From positions 336,418 through 368,417 of the forward strand of contig JBBISB010000001.1 of assembly GCA_037441475.1 (NCBI GenBank): a stretch of 32,000 nt of DNA, given 5' to 3'. Below are positions 9,955 to 19,022 of the stretch, piece by piece. The DNA comes from Candidatus Iainarchaeum sp. GTDB lineage: Archaea; Iainarchaeota; Iainarchaeia; Iainarchaeales; CSSED10-239. How positions within the stretch are numbered: position 1 is the stretch's first letter; each line of letters begins with the position of its first letter. Below the pieces are notes generated by a model. It did no database searches. It was not told the DNA's origin and saw only the letters and a list, made by a program, of their open reading frames with translations. The translations under genes and the position numbers were made by a program.

Positions 9955-12801
9955 TCACATCTCTTTTCCTGTAACTGCATCTATCTTTAATATTCTTGAA
10001 GAAGTTCCTTCTATGTAAGTGATGTGCCAGATAGGCCAGTAAACCTCTTCATAAGAAACAAACTCAATTGCTCCCCATAACTTCTTTAGTCTTTCCTCTG
10101 TGTCCTTTAAAGAAAAGTTAACTGCTTCTAAAAACTCAACATCTTGTTTCTTTAAAGGCAAGACCTCTAAAGAAGAAAGAACCTTTAAAGTTGGGTTGAA
10201 AGGAATATCAAAGTTCTTGCTTATAAGCTTATATACCTCAATACCGTTATTGTTCTTAACTGCTATTAAATTTAAGTCTTTAAAAAGTGAGGTTCTCTCT
10301 GTTAAAAACTTTTCATCCATTTCAGTTTCTTGGTTTAAAGAAAACAAGGTTTGTTGTTTTTGTAAAATGAAAAGTAAATCTAGGTCCTCTTCTTTTAATT
10401 TATCTAAAACTGTTAAACCAGTTGATATCTTAAACTCACCATTTATGAAATGTATAAACTCTCCTGTAAAAGAATCAATGTAACAAATGTTTTTCTTAAA
10501 GTATTCATTCTCATCATAAACATTGAAAGTTATTTTATAGATTGACCTGTATTTTAGAACTGCTTTTTGTACTTCCTCTTTAGATTTAAAAAACAATAAT
10601 GATTTTTTTATATTTGCTTTTGCAAGTTCATCTATCCTTGATTTGTTTATTCTTTCAACAATTGTGTTTCTGGTTTTAACTTTACTTACCATTGGTTTTA
10701 TAGAATCAAGGTTTTCTGAAATTTCATCTAAGGAATCTTCTGGTAAGTCATCTAAGGAGTCCTCTTTTTCAAGAATAACTTCTTTTTCAACATGCTTTTC
10801 ATTTAAGAAAAGTAATGGGTCTTTTAAGATTACTCCTTTTGATAAAAGTTTTTCTAAAAGTTCATCCCAGTAGACATCTGACCTATACTTAATGTTTATA
10901 ACATCTAAAATATCTTTTGCAAAAGAAACTTTAATTTCTTTTGTTTTTTCAAGTTTTGCATAAACCATTTTAAAGGCAATCTCTATAATCTCAGGTTTAT
11001 TTTTTTTAACAACCTCTCTTATTGTCTCTGCATCACGACCTTCATGTTGTGACCTTCTTGGAGCTGCTCTTAAGATAAAGGCTCTTGTTGTTTCTTCTGA
11101 CCTATCTCCTACAAGGGCTGTTGCAAAAGGTAAGGTTTTTATAAAGTTTGGTTCCTTGTACTGCTTTGGTATTATAGCAGGCATTCTTTTCTGAATTGCA
11201 AAAATATCATCATTGAAAACTAATTTGTTTGAAATTAAGATATCTACTTGAGATAAAACCTTTGTATTTATTGCAGAAGGCTGTTGTGTTGCAAAGACTA
11301 AAGAACAACCAGGTCTTCTTCCTTGCTTTACATACTCTACAATACCTGCTGTTGCTGGTGTCTGGGAGTTACCAGAAGGAATTAAGGTATGTGCTTCGTC
11401 TATATACATCCATGTTGGAGGAATCTCAATCTCTAAAAGCTCCTCTGCCTTTTGATTTGAATCTCCAAACTTTTTAACAGCCTCTTGTCTTGCAATAAGT
11501 TTTCTTGCAGATAAAATTCTTCTAGCTAAAATACCAATAACTAAGGCTGTAATGTTTTCATCTAAAAAAGAAGTATCCAAAACAGTTAATTGATTTTCTC
11601 TTGAAAGCTTGGAAAGAGGGGTTCCAGAGTCAGAGAAAATACCCCATGACCTTGCAGCTTCAAATCTTGAAACAAGGGCTCTTATTGAGTCTGGTTTGTA
11701 TCCTTTTTGAGAAGATTGAAACTCTGAGTTGTTTTGAAGACAGTCTATAATCTCCTCTAAAGTATATTGACTTCCTTTAGCTGAGATTTTTTTAATATCA
11801 GGAACCTCTTTTGTTCCACCTGTTATATATCCTTTCTTTACAGACTCTAAGGTTTTTTCTAAAAGAAGACCGGATGGAGAGAACCTTTCAATACCAAAAG
11901 TTAAACACCAATCTTCTGTGGTTAAAAGTGAAGGGAACATTGAGAAGGTATCATCGTAAGTGTCTTTTGAAACTTGTGACTTTACTCCTTCTGGAACAAA
12001 GACTTTTAGGTTTTTAAGACCTTCTGCCTTTAAACCCCATTCCTCTAAAAACTTTAATTCCTTGGTATCTCTGTTTGGAAACTTCATGGACCAGAAAACA
12101 CCAACAGGATCTATAACTATTTGGCCTATGTATGGGTTAGTTCTTGCAAGCTCTTCTGCTATTACCCCTAAAAGATAACTCTTACCTGTTCCTCTTGCAC
12201 CGTCAAGGAAGATAACGTGAGGATTAAGACCGTCTATGTGTACTTGTTTGCCCTCTTGTTGTTTTTCTGCAACTTTTCCTATGTATGCTGTAGCTATTTT
12301 TCCATATTGTTTAAGAACAGATTTTTTTCTTCCTAAGTAAACTACATTAGGATCTTCAAAGTCTTCTAAAAACTTAAGAGGTGGTTTAATTGGTTCTTCT
12401 TTATTTTCTTTTATTGGAAGAGTTTCTTTTTCTTTAAAGTCCTCTATTGTTTTTTCAATATCTTTTTCTACATTTTGTTTTTCTTTTATTTGTTTTTCTT
12501 TTATGGTGTAATCTACTTTTTCTATATCTTTATCTATATCATCGTAAGAGTCTTCTTGATCTTCATAATTTTCTTCATCTTCAAAATTTTCTTCATCTTC
12601 AAAATCTTCTTCAACATCCTCATCTTTATCAGAAAAGTCTTCAACTTCTTCTAAAGGATGTTCTTCTTTTGATTCTTTTATTTTTCTTTCAATCTCATTA
12701 ATAGTGCTTTCATTTACCACTACTCTTTTAGAAGAGGCTAATTCTTCAAAGGAATCTTTTCCTTCTGTATTTTTATATTTTTCAATAGACATAAATATCA
12801 T
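9955..12801 (-). CDS. HerA/DUF87-like ATPase with acidic N-terminal extension
   Basis: Walker A-like HVIFLDGARGTGKSYLLGVIAEELA, Walker B-like PPTWMYIDEAHTLIP, KQGRRPGCSLVFATQQPSAI, plus about 120 residues of D/E-rich sequence at the N-terminus. Confidence 0.8.
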   Translation of the reverse strand: MIFMSIEKYKNTEGKDSFEELASSKRVVVNESTINEIERKIKESKEEHPLEEVEDFSDKDEDVEEDFEDEENFEDEENYEDQEDSYDDIDKDIEKVDYTIKEKQIKEKQNVEKDIEKTIEDFKEKETLPIKENKEEPIKPPLKFLEDFEDPNVVYLGRKKSVLKQYGKIATAYIGKVAEKQQEGKQVHIDGLNPHVIFLDGARGTGKSYLLGVIAEELARTNPYIGQIVIDPVGVFWSMKFPNRDTKELKFLEEWGLKAEGLKNLKVFVPEGVKSQVSKDTYDDTFSMFPSLLTTEDWCLTFGIERFSPSGLLLEKTLESVKKGYITGGTKEVPDIKKISAKGSQYTLEEIIDCLQNNSEFQSSQKGYKPDSIRALVSRFEAARSWGIFSDSGTPLSKLSRENQLTVLDTSFLDENITALVIGILARRILSARKLIARQEAVKKFGDSNQKAEELLEIEIPPTWMYIDEAHTLIPSGNSQTPATAGIVEYVKQGRRPGCSLVFATQQPSAINTKVLSQVDILISNKLVFNDDIFAIQKRMPAIIPKQYKEPNFIKTLPFATALVGDRSEETTRAFILRAAPRRSQHEGRDAETIREVVKKNKPEIIEIAFKMVYAKLEKTKEIKVSFAKDILDVINIKYRSDVYWDELLEKLLSKGVILKDPLLFLNEKHVEKEVILEKEDSLDDLPEDSLDEISENLDSIKPMVSKVKTRNTIVERINKSRIDELAKANIKKSLLFFKSKEEVQKAVLKYRSIYKITFNVYDENEYFKKNICYIDSFTGEFIHFINGEFKISTGLTVLDKLKEEDLDLLFILQKQQTLFSLNQETEMDEKFLTERTSLFKDLNLIAVKNNNGIEVYKLISKNFDIPFNPTLKVLSSLEVLPLKKQDVEFLEAVNFSLKDTEERLKKLWGAIEFVSYEEVYWPIWHITYIEGTSSRILKIDAVTGKEM

Positions 12802-12909
12802 TCTTTATTGTTAATAACAATATATTATATATATAAAAGATATAAATAGTTATTCTTTTTAAAACTAACCATAATATATTATATACAAAAATAAATAATA
12901 TTATTATAT

Positions 12910-13422
12910 ATGGAAGAAAAAGAAAAATCAAACTTCACACACTCCCTTGTAACCATAAAGAAGCATGCATGGGTATATAGGATATATTACTGGTTAATTT
13001 CTTTTCCTTTAATGTACAGGATGAAGAGATTTTTAAAATATGCTGTTTTAGGTCTTGCAGGCACCTTTGCAGATGTTTTTATGATTTATGTTTTGCATAA
13101 TATCTTAACATATAACTATTTGTGGGTTACTTTTATTTCTGATTTTACAAAAACATTTATTAATTTTAATCTTCATAAAAAATTTGTTTTTAAAAATGAT
13201 GTAAAGGCTTTTTCTAAGAAAAACCTTTTTGCTTTTGGAAGGTATTATGTGATTAACTTTTCTGCTGTAATTATTATTTTTATAATGGTTATTGGTTTAG
13301 TTGAATTTTTAAACTTTCCACCTATCTATGCTAAGTTAACAGCTGACTTGATTATGAATTTAACAAGATTTTCTGCTCATAAATCAATTGTTTTTGAAAG
13401 ACCAGGAAAATTAGGGAAATAA
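12910..13422 (+). CDS. GtrA-like membrane protein
   Basis: FLKYAVLGLAGTFADVFMIYVLHN and FINFNLHKKFVFKN typical of GtrA; four hydrophobic segments. Confidence 0.8.
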   Translation: MEEKEKSNFTHSLVTIKKHAWVYRIYYWLISFPLMYRMKRFLKYAVLGLAGTFADVFMIYVLHNILTYNYLWVTFISDFTKTFINFNLHKKFVFKNDVKAFSKKNLFAFGRYYVINFSAVIIIFIMVIGLVEFLNFPPIYAKLTADLIMNLTRFSAHKSIVFERPGKLGK

Positions 13423-13432
13423 ACTTTCTCTT

Positions 13433-14554
13433 TTAAACCTTTAAAAGATAATCATCTATTTTCTTATGAGCATCTTTTCTTCTCTCTTGGTGAGCTTCTA
13501 AAAAAGAAGTTATTTTTTCAATAACATATTTTTTAATTTCTCCAGTTAACATCTTTCCTGAAGAATAATCTTTTTCTATTTGCTCTAACTTTTTATCATC
13601 TTCTTCAAAAAGATATTTTAAATATTGGAAAGGAATATCAATCTCTGTGTTTCCACCTTTCTCTCTATGCTCCTCTAAGGTTGGTTGTCCACCAGAAAAG
13701 GCATATTTTTTTATTTTATCTTTAATCTCTTTTGGAGAGTCTGACATGAAAATTCCTTTAGCAGCTCCAGTACTGCTCATCTTTCCAAAGGCACCTGTTA
13801 ATGGAGGAAGGAAAGAACATTGTATGCTTGCTGGTTTATAAAAACCTAATTTTGGTAAGATATCTCTTGTTATTCTAAAATGATTATCTTGATCAACTGC
13901 ATGAGGTATTAAACAAGGGATATTTTTCTTTTTTAAAACTGAAGGTAAGAAAGCTAGTACTGCTTGCATAGAGGTGTAAAAGATAGACCCAACATTATTA
14001 CTATCTGTAAAACCAAAAGAAGACTTAACTGTTGAAAAAGTTAACTTCTTTGCAACCTTAATAGCTTCAGGATAAAGAAGACCTGCATGCTTTGTGTTAA
14101 CTATGAAAAAGGTTTTCTTATGGTCAAAGCCTATGGCTATAACATCAAGCATGTTTTCATAAGTCCATTTTTGAATTTCTTCGTATGACTTGTCTTTATA
14201 TAAAAACTTTTCATCATCTGTAAACTGAAAATAAAGTTCAACATCAAAAGCATCTTGTAAGTATTTTGTAAAATACCATACTAAGGCATGCCCTAAGTGA
14301 ATAGGACCAGATGGACCCACACCTGTATAAAGAAAAAACTTATTTCCTCTTAAGTATTCATCTAAAACCCAATTTAGATCTCTATGTGCAAAAAATATTT
14401 TTCTTTTAAGCATTGGGTGCACATCTTTTGTTATAGATTTTATTTTTTCTAAAACCTCAGGAGTGATTTTTTCAAGACCAAACTCTTTTATAAGTCTTTC
14501 ATAATCAACTTCTCCTTGAACTTCATAGGGAGTTACAATCATTTTTTCTGTCAT
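13433..14554 (-). CDS. trpS: Tryptophan--tRNA ligase
   Basis: TGVGPSGPIHLGHALVWYF (HIGH-like) and GKMSSTG (KMSKS-like), archaeal-type TrpS sequence. Confidence 0.92.
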   Translation of the reverse strand: MTEKMIVTPYEVQGEVDYERLIKEFGLEKITPEVLEKIKSITKDVHPMLKRKIFFAHRDLNWVLDEYLRGNKFFLYTGVGPSGPIHLGHALVWYFTKYLQDAFDVELYFQFTDDEKFLYKDKSYEEIQKWTYENMLDVIAIGFDHKKTFFIVNTKHAGLLYPEAIKVAKKLTFSTVKSSFGFTDSNNVGSIFYTSMQAVLAFLPSVLKKKNIPCLIPHAVDQDNHFRITRDILPKLGFYKPASIQCSFLPPLTGAFGKMSSTGAAKGIFMSDSPKEIKDKIKKYAFSGGQPTLEEHREKGGNTEIDIPFQYLKYLFEEDDKKLEQIEKDYSSGKMLTGEIKKYVIEKITSFLEAHQERRKDAHKKIDDYLLKV

Positions 14555-14616
14555 AATTATTTTTAGGATGCAAAAGTATTTTAAATAGATTATAATAATA
14601 TATATTAGGTGAAACT

Positions 14617-14996
14617 ATGACATGGTCTTGGATAATCTTTGCTTTACTTTCTGCTTTTATGGCATCTTTAGTTGCTATCTTTGGTAAGATAGGACTTGAA
14701 GGAATTGATACAAATACAGCAACAGCTATAAGAGCTGTTATTATGGACCTATCTTAGAAAATCATAAAGCCTTTATATTTATTATTTTAAGTGCAATAGC
14801 AGGTGCTCTTTCATGGTTATTTTACTTTATTGCTTTAAAGGGAGCTAAGGTTTCTCAAATAGTGCCTATTGATAGAATGAGTGTTGTCTTTGCTTTATTT
14901 TTAGCATTCTTTATTTTAGGAGAAGGAATAACTTTAAAGACAGGGATTGGTGCTGCTTTAGTTGTTGTTGGTGGAATATTAATTTCTTTAGGATAG
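14617..14996 (+). pseudogene. EamA-type small transporter gene, disrupted
   Basis: Frame 1: MTWSWIIFALLSAFMASLVAIFGKIGLEGIDTNTATAIRAVIMDLS* (14617-14757). Another frame continues NHKAFIFIILSAIAGALSWLFYFIALKGAKVSQIVPIDRMSVVFALFLAFFILGEGITLKTGIGAALVVVGGILISLG* ending at 14996. Together they form one EamA half with an internal gap/frameshift. Confidence 0.8.
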
Positions 14997-14999
14997 ATG

Positions 15000-15416
15000 T
15001 TATTCTATTTCTAATATTAAATCCTCTACTAATTTTTTTACTTTTTCTCTAGTATATCTAAATCTTTCTAAAGATTCTCCACACATATCATCTACTTTCC
15101 AAAAAATTACTTTTAAAGATTCTTTTAAAAAATCTGGCCAAGTTTCTTTTTCAGCCATAACATAAACTCTATCTGCATCATTAATCATATCTTCAGTTAA
15201 AAGTTTAGAATATTTATTTCTAATATCAAGACCAATTTCATCCATACACAAAAATAAATTTGCATGTTCAGGAAAATCACTTAACTTATGACCTATAACT
15301 CTTCCGTCTTCTGTTCCTGCACTTTTTGCAATATGTTTTTTAGATTTATCATTAAATAAAGCTTCTGCTATTTGGCTTCTACCAAAATTAGATTTACAAA
15401 CAAAAAGTATTTTCAT
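15000..15416 (-). CDS. Low-molecular-weight phosphotyrosine phosphatase / arsenate reductase-like protein
   Basis: MKILFVCKSNFGRSQIAEALF (CX4-5RS-type loop), AKSAGT, and C-terminal DPxx-like DDMCGESLERF. Confidence 0.85.
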   Translation of the reverse strand: MKILFVCKSNFGRSQIAEALFNDKSKKHIAKSAGTEDGRVIGHKLSDFPEHANLFLCMDEIGLDIRNKYSKLLTEDMINDADRVYVMAEKETWPDFLKESLKVIFWKVDDMCGESLERFRYTREKVKKLVEDLILEIE

Positions 15417-15599
15417 TTTTAATCACTAATTATTAGGACATAGGGAATATTTTTTAAATAGTACTTTTATAAAATTAATCATTAAAAAAGTAATTTTTAA
15501 ATTAAAACAATTTTGGGGGAAGTGCTTTTTTAAAAAGAAATATTAGATAAACGTTAACAAACCAAAAACCATTGGGTGCGAGCTGACTGAAACCAGCTA

Positions 15600-15681
15600 C
15601 GCAGAGAATGAGATTCGAACTCATGTAGCACGAGGCTCAAGTTTTCGAGACTTGCGCATTTGACCACTCCGCCATCTCTGC
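15600..15681 (-). tRNA. tRNA-Ser (CGA)
   Basis: Reverse complement GCAGAGA TG GCGGAGTGGTCAAATGCGC, anticodon arm CAAGT-CTCGAAA-ACTTG, long variable arm, TTCGAAT T-loop, TCTCTGC acceptor and G73; no encoded CCA. Confidence 0.95.
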
Positions 15682-15710
15682 AAAATATTTTTAATAAAAA
15701 ATAAAAAAAG

Positions 15711-15792
15711 CGCAGAGGACGAGATTCGAACTCGTGTAGCACGAGGCTCAAGCTTTCCAGGCTTGCGCGTTTGACCACTCCGCCACCTCTGC
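15711..15792 (-). tRNA. tRNA-Ser (GGA)
   Basis: Same class II architecture; anticodon arm CAAGC-CTGGAAA-GCTTG; acceptor GCAGAGG...CCTCTGC-G. Confidence 0.95.
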
Positions 15793-15809
15793 ATTTTTTA
15801 AAAAAAAAA

Positions 15810-16142
15810 TTAGTGTACTTGCGAGCCATCTAAAACAGACTCTGATGGTAAAAGTAAAGCATCAAGATCTTTTGAACCTATAGCCAATATCATGCCTTGA
15901 CTTTCAAGACCCATTAATTTTCTAGGCTCTAAATTTACAATAACAGGTATTTGTTTATTAATAACCTCTGATGGTTGATATTTGGTTTTAATACCAGCGA
16001 TTATCTGTCTTTTAAAATCATTGAAGTCAATAATTAATTTCAATAGTTTATCAGAACCTTCAACAATCTCAGCTTCAACAATTGTGCCTATCCTTATATC
16101 AAGCTTTACAAAGTCATTATAAGTTATATTTTCTTTAACCAT
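15810..16142 (-). CDS. tRNA-binding domain protein (MetG C-terminal/CsaA-like, OB fold)
   Basis: VKLDIRIGTIVEAEIVEGSDKLLKLIIDF...RQIIAGI...NLEPRKLMGLESQGMILA. The start at 16142 is preferred because the longer listed ORF runs through the tRNA-Ser(TGA) gene. Confidence 0.9.
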   Translation of the reverse strand: MVKENITYNDFVKLDIRIGTIVEAEIVEGSDKLLKLIIDFNDFKRQIIAGIKTKYQPSEVINKQIPVIVNLEPRKLMGLESQGMILAIGSKDLDALLLPSESVLDGSQVH

Positions 16143-16173
16143 TTTTTTTATCACATTTAAAATAAATAAAATG

Positions 16174-16255
16174 CGCAGAGGACGAGATTCGAACTCGTGT
16201 AGCGCAAGGCTCCAGCTCTCAAGGCTGGCGCGTTTGACCACTCCGCCACCTCTGC
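16174..16255 (-). tRNA. tRNA-Ser (TGA)
   Basis: Class II tRNA; anticodon arm CCAGC-CTTGAGA-GCTGG; acceptor GCAGAGG...CCTCTGC-G. Confidence 0.95.
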
Positions 16256-16394
16256 ATATCTTACAAAAGAAGTTACTATATATAATATATATTAGAAAAG
16301 ATATATAAAGCTTATAGAAATTAACAAACATAAAAATAAGAGTTAGAAACAAAAAAATTATTTTTAAAAACAAAAGAAAAAGATTTATTTAAGA

Positions 16395-16620
16395 TAGGGA
16401 AGCCTTCAAATCACATCAGTTTACCAATAAAACCTGGTTTGGGTTTGCTTCCCTAACTATCGCGTTTGCTTTTTATCGTCATACTACTTTAACACCACCT
16501 CCTAGATGAAAAAACTCACCTGAAAACATACTTACTAGGATTCTCATGCTCTTGAGGTCTCAAATCCATAAGTATATGGTCTGTAACCCTTATATATCTT
16601 CACCTTAAAAGGATAGGCAA
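16395..16620 (-). ncRNA. Candidate structured non-coding RNA, family not assigned (boundaries approximate)
   Basis: No supported ORF; 9-bp perfect inverted repeat TAGGGAAGC/GCTTCCCTA (16395-16403/16447-16455), nested helices ATACTTA/TAAGTAT (16528-16534/16569-16575) and GGATT/AATCC (16538-16542/16563-16567), and a TATA-like element on the minus strand near 16650. Confidence 0.45.
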
Positions 16621-16731
16621 AAAAGTACACTCTTTATTTTTAAAATATACCAGATACCTATTCACTTAGAAGGAAAGTAAAAAAAACAGCTAATTAATAT
16701 TAAAAAATTAATAGATACATAAACAAAAAAA

Positions 16732-18102
16732 CTAGATTAAAAACTTCTCTTTAGTTATAAAAAAGTCTGTTAAGAAATCAGCTAAAAAATCATCCTCTAA
16801 AAACAACTCATTTATCTCTGCACCAACATATATTTTATTTTTCAAATCAAAGGATTGTGAAAAATCAGTAATGATTGCTTTTGCAGAAGTCTTATCTCTC
16901 TTTCTAATAACATACCATCTATCATCTTTAATGAAAGGACCTAAGATAGAACGATTGTTTGTTAAATAGTTTTGAGAACTTTTATAATCAGTTACAAGAG
17001 GACCAATTATTTTTTTAAACTTAGGTAGATCTAAGGTGTTTAAAAGCATTATTAAATAACATTTATCTTGCCCCTCTGTATGATAAACATCATACTTTAA
17101 GACATCAAAGTCAGAGAACTCTAAATGAGTAATTAATTTTGTAGTACTGCTTTTAACTTTTGACCAGATAGTCTCCTTAAGCATATCCTTAACTTCAAAG
17201 CTTACAATAGCTACAGAAAAATTTTCAAGCTTACCTACAAGTTGATGATAAGTTACTTGAGGAATATTTCTTTTTTTAAAAAACTCAATAGAAGGATTTT
17301 CTAAGAAAGCACGAGAAGAGGCTATAAACAAACTAAGTTGTTGTAAGCTTACAGCTGATGCTACATTTCTAGAATCATCAATAGGGTCAATTACAACTAA
17401 GCTTTCAGAAAATCTTGCAAGATTAACATGCTGTTCTTTAAGTAAAGTAAACTTTACTGGAGTATGCCAGTTTGAGGCATTTTCAAGAACTGTTCTAAAA
17501 TCACCATAGAACAATATTAAAAGCTCACAAAGGTATCCTGAGAAACCAGAAACTGATGTGTCTGCTCCATAAGCACCAACATGCTTTAAAAAATACTTTA
17601 AAAGTCTTGTTTCATCTTTCTGTGTTTGAGACATGTTCTTTAAAATAAACATTAGATGTAAGACAGTTCTATCTACAGCAGAAATGATTGGCTCGTTTGG
17701 CTCTATCTTATAAGCAGGAACAACCTCTACCTTATGATCATCAATTACTCCTCTTATATATGGATGTTGGGAGTATGCTTTTTCCCAAAAATTACCTTTA
17801 AAGGTTTTTTGACCAATAGCTAAACCCTCTTCTATAAATTTATTTTTTTCAAGAGAAGGAGGGTAAAGAACAAAGATATCAAAGTCCTTTGTATCTTTAA
17901 GGTTTGTGCCTTTTCCAAAAGAACCTGCACATACTGCTGAAAGATGAGAACCAGATGTTTTTTCTATTTTTTTTAAAAGATTGTCAATAAATTTTTTTTT
18001 TTTAATAGTCTGAGAGCTAGTTGGTTTTATTTCATCAAGAAGTTCTTTTCTTGTTCTTTTAAAAAGAGCAAGTTTAGATTTATCAAGACCAATTGCACTC
18101 AT
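16732..18102 (-). CDS. cca: CCA-adding enzyme (archaeal class I tRNA nucleotidyltransferase)
   Basis: AGSFGKGTNLKDTKDFDIFVLYP nucleotidyltransferase motif; HPYIRGVIDDHKVEVVPAYKI; VGAYGADTSVSGFSGYLCELLILFYGDF. Confidence 0.95.
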   Translation of the reverse strand: MSAIGLDKSKLALFKRTRKELLDEIKPTSSQTIKKKKFIDNLLKKIEKTSGSHLSAVCAGSFGKGTNLKDTKDFDIFVLYPPSLEKNKFIEEGLAIGQKTFKGNFWEKAYSQHPYIRGVIDDHKVEVVPAYKIEPNEPIISAVDRTVLHLMFILKNMSQTQKDETRLLKYFLKHVGAYGADTSVSGFSGYLCELLILFYGDFRTVLENASNWHTPVKFTLLKEQHVNLARFSESLVVIDPIDDSRNVASAVSLQQLSLFIASSRAFLENPSIEFFKKRNIPQVTYHQLVGKLENFSVAIVSFEVKDMLKETIWSKVKSSTTKLITHLEFSDFDVLKYDVYHTEGQDKCYLIMLLNTLDLPKFKKIIGPLVTDYKSSQNYLTNNRSILGPFIKDDRWYVIRKRDKTSAKAIITDFSQSFDLKNKIYVGAEINELFLEDDFLADFLTDFFITKEKFLI

Positions 18103-18216
18103 AATTATAATTATAGAACATAAATAATATAAATAGATTCATAGGTGTTTTTTACATGTCCCCTATAATCTAATTATTTAGGTCTATTATGTTTATATCA
18201 TCAAAGGTATTTTAAT

Positions 18217-19014
18217 TTATTGAGAAAGGTTATCATCCGTTGAAAGATTTTCATCAATTATTAAATTTTCATCATCTAAAACATTTTCATCCACTGAAGG
18301 GTTCTCTGTTGGAGTGTTTTGTAAATTATTTATTTTTTCTTGAACATTACCTAAAGACTCTTCAATTAACCTTGCATCTTTAAACATCTGGTTAAAAGAT
18401 ATTACTAAAGAAAGATAAACATCTTCTTTTTTATTAGGAATAACTATAAGTAACTTTTCTTGTAAATTTAAGATAACTTGTGAAGATGTATTACCAGAGG
18501 AAAGATAATTAACCATAATTGTTGAAAAGTTAGAATCAATTAATGATAAACACTCTTCTTTATTAAGTTCATTATTTTCATAAACACTTCCCTGGTTTGA
18601 TTGACAGTAAAGAAGATTATTCTCCTCATCAACAACAGAGATTAAAAGAATTACATTCTTATTTTTAGCAGAAAGCATAGATTGAGTGTATACAATACCA
18701 TCGATTACTGAAGAAAGATAGTTTGTATCCGTGTAATTGTAATTAAAGATAACTAAAAAGTTTTCATCTTGAGAAAATATTTCAAAACCTTCCTTTATGT
18801 GAAAACCCTCTGAAATAAACTTTATTTTACTTTCTCTATCTGTAAAATAGTATCTGTTTTCAATAATTATTTTATTTAAGATTAAAGCAAGTAAGATGAT
18901 TACTACAAATATTAAAAATAACTTAATTATTAATTTTTTTCTTCTTTTCATTAAAGAATTATGTTTTATTTCTTTAACAGTTTGTGTTTTTGCAGAAACT
19001 AATGCTTGAGCCAT
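18217..19014 (-). CDS. Hypothetical single-pass membrane protein with D/E/N-rich repetitive C-terminus
   Basis: KKLIIKLFLIFVVIILLALILNKIII TM helix; C-terminal ENPSVDENVLDDENLIIDENLSTDDNLSQ. Confidence 0.6.
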   Translation of the reverse strand: MAQALVSAKTQTVKEIKHNSLMKRRKKLIIKLFLIFVVIILLALILNKIIIENRYYFTDRESKIKFISEGFHIKEGFEIFSQDENFLVIFNYNYTDTNYLSSVIDGIVYTQSMLSAKNKNVILLISVVDEENNLLYCQSNQGSVYENNELNKEECLSLIDSNFSTIMVNYLSSGNTSSQVILNLQEKLLIVIPNKKEDVYLSLVISFNQMFKDARLIEESLGNVQEKINNLQNTPTENPSVDENVLDDENLIIDENLSTDDNLSQ

Positions 19015-19022
19015 ATATCATT

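Noticed and set aside
15554-15829. 91-aa minus-strand ORF with GGGVVKRASLESLSLVLHEFESRPL
   Set aside because: It is a translation through tRNA-Ser(CGA) and tRNA-Ser(GGA); the recurring peptide is produced by the tRNA bodies, not by a protein repeat.
16143-16373. N-terminal extension of the 187-aa ORF 15810..16373
   Set aside because: It translates tRNA-Ser(TGA); the tRNA-binding domain protein begins at the ATG at 16142.
16395-16620. Assignment as SRP RNA, RNase P RNA or 5S rRNA
   Set aside because: The hallmark conserved motifs of those RNAs were not recognised on either strand, so it is left unassigned.
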